From NCBI RefSeq assembly GCF_000012805.1, contig NC_007484.1:2340001-2372000 (forward strand): 32,000 nt of DNA. The letters run 5' to 3'. Under the pieces are notes generated by a model. The model made no database searches, was not told the origin of the DNA, and saw only the letters and a program-made list of their open reading frames with translations. The position numbers and the translations under genes are program-made. Origin of the DNA: Nitrosococcus oceani ATCC 19707. Its GTDB lineage: Bacteria > Pseudomonadota > Gammaproteobacteria > Nitrosococcales > Nitrosococcaceae. Shown here piece after piece: positions 28,497 through 32,000 of the stretch (the first letter of the stretch is position 1; each line of letters begins with the position of its first letter).

Positions 28497-28936
28497 CCGG
28501 TTTACGGCTGGGTGGAGCGCCTGTGCATCCTATGTTGGTGCACTTCCCTATCGTAGCCTGGACCACCGCGTTGCTGGCTGACGGCGTCTTTCTCATTACT
28601 GGTCAGCCAAGCGCCTGGATTGTGGCCTACTGGGCGCTGGCCGCTGGCGCGCTTACTGGCTTAGCAGCCATGGTGCCAGGCTGGGTTGATTTCCTACTAC
28701 TTGACCGCACCCACACTGCCTTGCCGGCAGTACAACGCCACATGCTTTACATGAGCACGGCCTGGGGAATTTTCTTGCTGGATTTGCTCGTACGTACGCG
28801 CGTGCCTCCAGAAACTATGCCTGTCTGGCTTGCCGGCCTTAGTTTGGCCGGATTTGTGCTACTGGCTATCGGTAGCCATCGGGGCGCACGACTCGTTTAT
28901 TATCACGGCGTTAACGTATACCGTGATCCGGTATGA
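28493..28936 (+). CDS. DUF2231 domain membrane protein
   Basis: 147-aa ORF. The N-terminal HPMLVHFPIV and C-terminal GxHRGARLVYYHGV match my recollection of DUF2231. It has four TM segments and is translationally coupled on both sides. Confidence 0.65.
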   Translation: MTGLRLGGAPVHPMLVHFPIVAWTTALLADGVFLITGQPSAWIVAYWALAAGALTGLAAMVPGWVDFLLLDRTHTALPAVQRHMLYMSTAWGIFLLDLLVRTRVPPETMPVWLAGLSLAGFVLLAIGSHRGARLVYYHGVNVYRDPV

Positions 28937-29640
28937 GACCAACCGCTACCCTCTTGGAAAGTCTACCGGAAACCCAGGGTGAGATTCTGCGTTACCTTAA
29001 AGCCCAAGGCAGCACCACCCTGGCTGGACTGGCGGATCGCCTGAACCTAACCCGGGAGGCGGTCCGTCAACACCTAGCAACGCTGCAAGAGGAAGGTTGG
29101 ATCCAGCGTGTGGGAAGGCTTAAATCCCTTAGCCAAGGCCGTCCAGCCGCAGTGTTTGCATTGACTCCAGCCGGCGATCACTTATTTCCGAAATTTTACG
29201 ATTCCTTGTCCCTGGAATTCCTGGATACGCTGGCTGACAATTTCGGCGAGGAAGCTGTGCGTACCTTGCTTGCCGCGCTCACTGATAAACAGGTAGCGCG
29301 ATGGGAAACAAAACTGCGTGGTTTGTCTCTGCCAGAGCGTATTGAAGCCTTAACGGGGATTTATTTCGAACAAGATCCCTACACTCATGTAGAACAAGAT
29401 GAAAGGGGCTACCTGCTGGTGGAACGTAATTGTCCGTATCTCAACCTGGCCCTTCAACGCCCCCAGCTTTGCAGCGTTACCCTGGCTACTTTAAGCCGGC
29501 TCCTTGGCGTGCGCGTCCGCCGGGAAGCCAAATTCCAGGAGGGTGATCGCCACTGCGCTTTTCGCGTGCTTGCTGATCAGCCCCTAGAGCCCGATTACCG
29601 TTTCAGTTTTGAAACGGAGTCGCCATTTCACCGGGACTGA
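28933..29640 (+). CDS. SufR-like winged-helix transcriptional regulator with C-terminal Cys motif
   Basis: 235-aa ORF. The wHTH region is ILRYLKAQGSTTLAGLADRLNLTREAVRQHLATLQEEGWI, followed by GRPAAVFALTPAGDHLFP and FLDTLA. The C-terminal domain has C167-x12-C180-x27-C208. Confidence 0.6.
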   Translation: MRPTATLLESLPETQGEILRYLKAQGSTTLAGLADRLNLTREAVRQHLATLQEEGWIQRVGRLKSLSQGRPAAVFALTPAGDHLFPKFYDSLSLEFLDTLADNFGEEAVRTLLAALTDKQVARWETKLRGLSLPERIEALTGIYFEQDPYTHVEQDERGYLLVERNCPYLNLALQRPQLCSVTLATLSRLLGVRVRREAKFQEGDRHCAFRVLADQPLEPDYRFSFETESPFHRD

Positions 29641-29911
29641 TTTCAACTTGCTCTATTCCAGACCCATGTTTTCCAATAATTCCCCGCTCTGCGCCGGCTT
29701 CGTGCCAGAACATTTGGTTGTTTTTACCGCTCCACCTACCTACACGCCGATAAGCGCAAGCGTGCTTTGACTTTAGTTTCCACCAGTCCTAGGCTTCTTC
29801 ATAGAACGACACTCTGGACCTTCCATAAGGGACTCAAGCCTGCGGGAGAACTTCGTTTATTCTTAGCCCTTATCTTTATTAAATAAGTATTTACCTACAT
29901 AGGAGAAAAAG

Positions 29912-31357
29912 ATGACCCATCCACAATCACCAACATCTGCGGATATTGGAATCATTGGTCTCGGGGTGATGGGCGCCAATCTAGGGCTTAATATTGCTGA
30001 GCAGGGCTTTAACGTGGCGGGCTATGATCGAAATCCCGAGAAAGGAGCCCGCCTGACTCAGATGGCCCAAAAACAGCTTGCAGAAGATGCACCGATGGAA
30101 GCCTACCATGATATCCAGCCCTTTATAGCCAGCCTCCGCCAGCCACGGCTCATCCTCCTGCTCGTTCCCGCCGGCGATCCAGTGGACGGCGTTATCCAGG
30201 ATCTCAGCCCCGACCTTGAGCAAGGCACTATCCTGATTGATGGAGGGAATTCTCATTTTCGGGATACTGATCGCCGTATTCAAACCCTCGCGCAACAAAA
30301 TGTCCACTTTGTGGGAATGGGAGTCTCCGGTGGCGAGGCCGGCGCCCGTCACGGTCCAAGCATGATGCCTGGAGGCGATTCAACTGCTTGGGAAAGGCTG
30401 CGCCCCATGCTGGAGGCCGCTGCGGCAAAAGTGGGGGAAGAGCCGTGTGTAGACTGGCTGGGACGGGGTTCAGCCGGTCATTACGTGAAGATGGTTCACA
30501 ATGGTATTGAATATAGCTTGATGCAGCTCATCAGCGAAAGTTATGACTTGATGTACCGGGGACTGGGCCTTAGCCATGAAAAGATGCATCCGATTTATGA
30601 AAGCTGGGCCCAGGGCCCCATGGGAGGATTTCTCCTGGAAATTACCGCCGATATCCTGCTGCAACGGGACCCTCTGGGGGAAGGTTATCTGCTAGATAAT
30701 ATTCTCGACACCGCCCACCAAAAAGGCACGGGTCAATGGACTTCTCAGGAAAGCTTCACCCTTCAGACGCCGACGCCCCTCATTGATATCGCCGTTACCC
30801 AGCGAGTACTTTCCGCTATAAAGGCGCAGCGCCAACAGGCCAGTCAACTGTTAAAGGGACCTAGCGAGATGATGCCGGTTCACCGGGAAGCTTTCCTGAC
30901 CCAACTGGGTAACGCCCTCCAGATGGCAATGCAACTGACCTATGCCCAGGGCATGCATCTGTTGCAAGTCGCAAATCAGCATTATGATTACCATCTCTCC
31001 CTAGAAACGGTCACGCGCATCTGGCGCGGAGGGTGCATTATCCGTTCCCAATTACTGGAGCAGTTGCGCGCCGTTTACCAGCGCGATCCCAGCCTCATCA
31101 ACCCCATTCTTGATACTACCTATGCGGCCACCATCGCTCAAAACCATGCGGATCTCAGGGAAGTAGTCTGCGCGGCAAGCTACTGGGGAATCCCCGCCCC
31201 CGGACTTATGACCGCGCTTAGCTACTACGATAGTTATCGTGGTGCCTGGCTGCCCGCTAATTTACTCCAGGCCCAGCGGGATTATTTTGGCGGCCACACC
31301 TTCCAACGTACCGATCGGGAAGGTAACTTTCATGTGGAATGGAGCAAAAATAAATGA
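29912..31357 (+). CDS. gnd: 6-phosphogluconate dehydrogenase, decarboxylating
   Basis: 481-aa ORF with the GLGVMGANLGLN dinucleotide loop, the catalytic region HYVKMVHNGIEY, and the signature ILDTAHQKGTGQWT. Confidence 0.9.
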   Translation: MTHPQSPTSADIGIIGLGVMGANLGLNIAEQGFNVAGYDRNPEKGARLTQMAQKQLAEDAPMEAYHDIQPFIASLRQPRLILLLVPAGDPVDGVIQDLSPDLEQGTILIDGGNSHFRDTDRRIQTLAQQNVHFVGMGVSGGEAGARHGPSMMPGGDSTAWERLRPMLEAAAAKVGEEPCVDWLGRGSAGHYVKMVHNGIEYSLMQLISESYDLMYRGLGLSHEKMHPIYESWAQGPMGGFLLEITADILLQRDPLGEGYLLDNILDTAHQKGTGQWTSQESFTLQTPTPLIDIAVTQRVLSAIKAQRQQASQLLKGPSEMMPVHREAFLTQLGNALQMAMQLTYAQGMHLLQVANQHYDYHLSLETVTRIWRGGCIIRSQLLEQLRAVYQRDPSLINPILDTTYAATIAQNHADLREVVCAASYWGIPAPGLMTALSYYDSYRGAWLPANLLQAQRDYFGGHTFQRTDREGNFHVEWSKNK

Positions 31358-32000
31358 TGGAATCGCACTCTTCCCAGCAACCGCCTACCGTCTTTGTCCT
31401 TTTTGGCGCCGGAGGTGATCTTGCCTGGCGCCTCATTCTACCGGCCTTGTTTAACCTCTACCTGGATAAATCCCTTCCCCAGCAATGGATGCTAATGGGT
31501 ATTGATCGCCAGGATTATGATCAGCACTCCCTGGCCCAACATTACCGGAAAGGTATCCAACAGCATTCCCGCCGGCCTATCCCTGATGAGAAAACCTGGC
31601 AATCCTTTGCCCAATTGCTCCGCTATCACCAGGCTGACATTACGGACCCGGGCAGTTATACCCAACTAGCGAAAGCGCTGGCAGAGCAGGATAAAGCCTG
31701 GCATGGGAAGGCTGAACGGGTGTTTTACCTGGCCACGCCACCCTTTCTCTTTGCTGACCTAGCTAATGGCTTGGGCGAAGCGGGTCTCGCCAAGGAACGG
31801 CAACACGCCAGAGTTGTCGTGGAAAAACCCCTGGGCCATAACTTGGAATCCTTTTGTGAAATTAACCAAGCTTTGAACCATCACTTTGAGGAATCCCAAA
31901 TTTATCGCATGGATCATTTTTTGGGCAAGGAAACTGTGCAAAACATCCTTGCGCTGCGCTTTGCCAATCCTATTTTCGAACCTATCTGGAATCGCCGTTA
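31354..32000 (+). CDS. zwf: Glucose-6-phosphate 1-dehydrogenase (5' part, runs off the window)
   Basis: The frame is open from ATG 31354, which overlaps the gnd stop, to the window end. It reads FVLFGAGGDLAWRLILPAL, VVEKPLGHN and YRMDHFLGKETVQNILALRFAN. It is absent from the ORF track because no stop lies inside the window. Confidence 0.9.
   Translation, partial: MMESHSSQQPPTVFVLFGAGGDLAWRLILPALFNLYLDKSLPQQWMLMGIDRQDYDQHSLAQHYRKGIQQHSRRPIPDEKTWQSFAQLLRYHQADITDPGSYTQLAKALAEQDKAWHGKAERVFYLATPPFLFADLANGLGEAGLAKERQHARVVVEKPLGHNLESFCEINQALNHHFEESQIYRMDHFLGKETVQNILALRFANPIFEPIWNRR

Noticed and set aside
29757-29772. Second CAAG-N6-CTTG operator upstream of gnd
   Set aside because: The sequence is CAAGCGTGCTTTGA. 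The right half-site matches only with altered spacing (CAAG-N5-TTTG, 3 of 4). This is too weak to call without binding data or conservation. It does overlap a weak candidate -35 (TTGACT at 29767-29772).

Overview
This 32-kb chromosomal window looks gammaproteobacterial. The xseB-ispA and mnmA-hflD synteny supports that, and GC is roughly 50% by eye. An unverified guess is a marine Chromatiales/Nitrosococcus-like autotroph. Most of it is housekeeping: egtB-egtD (ergothioneine), a DUF1820 gene, a D-2-hydroxyacid dehydrogenase, ribF, xseB-ispA, queD-folE2, mnmA-hflD, a DUF4398/OmpA lipoprotein pair, acetoacetyl-CoA synthetase plus acuI/yhdH, a GH15 hydrolase, gdh, an AI-2E transporter, DedA, and a pentose-phosphate locus (tal-like, gnd, partial zwf). 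There are three patches of accessory or decaying DNA. (i) At 3.3-4.05 kb there is a frameshifted TnpB (IS200/IS605) relic with a possible right-end/omega-RNA remnant. (ii) At 13.8-15.05 kb there is an orphan AbrB-type antitoxin plus an uncharacterised protein with a PD-(D/E)xK motif. (iii) At 18.2-21.8 kb there is a visibly AT-richer stretch holding a multiply frameshifted membrane-protein gene, a secreted-protein gene with an in-frame TGA, and an IS630-family element that appears to have landed in a TA inside a small RHH-type gene. The most interesting region by direct reading is the pentose-phosphate locus at 26.8-32 kb. The full-length transaldolase homologue lacks the Schiff-base lysine and two other catalytic residues. 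A translationally coupled operon (4-TM protein, DUF2231 protein, SufR-like Cys regulator) is wedged between it and gnd-zwf. Both Gnd and Zwf carry an Asp next to the conserved dinucleotide-fold Arg. I saw no rRNA, tRNA or CRISPR array. All family assignments come from motif recognition by eye, and no database search was possible.
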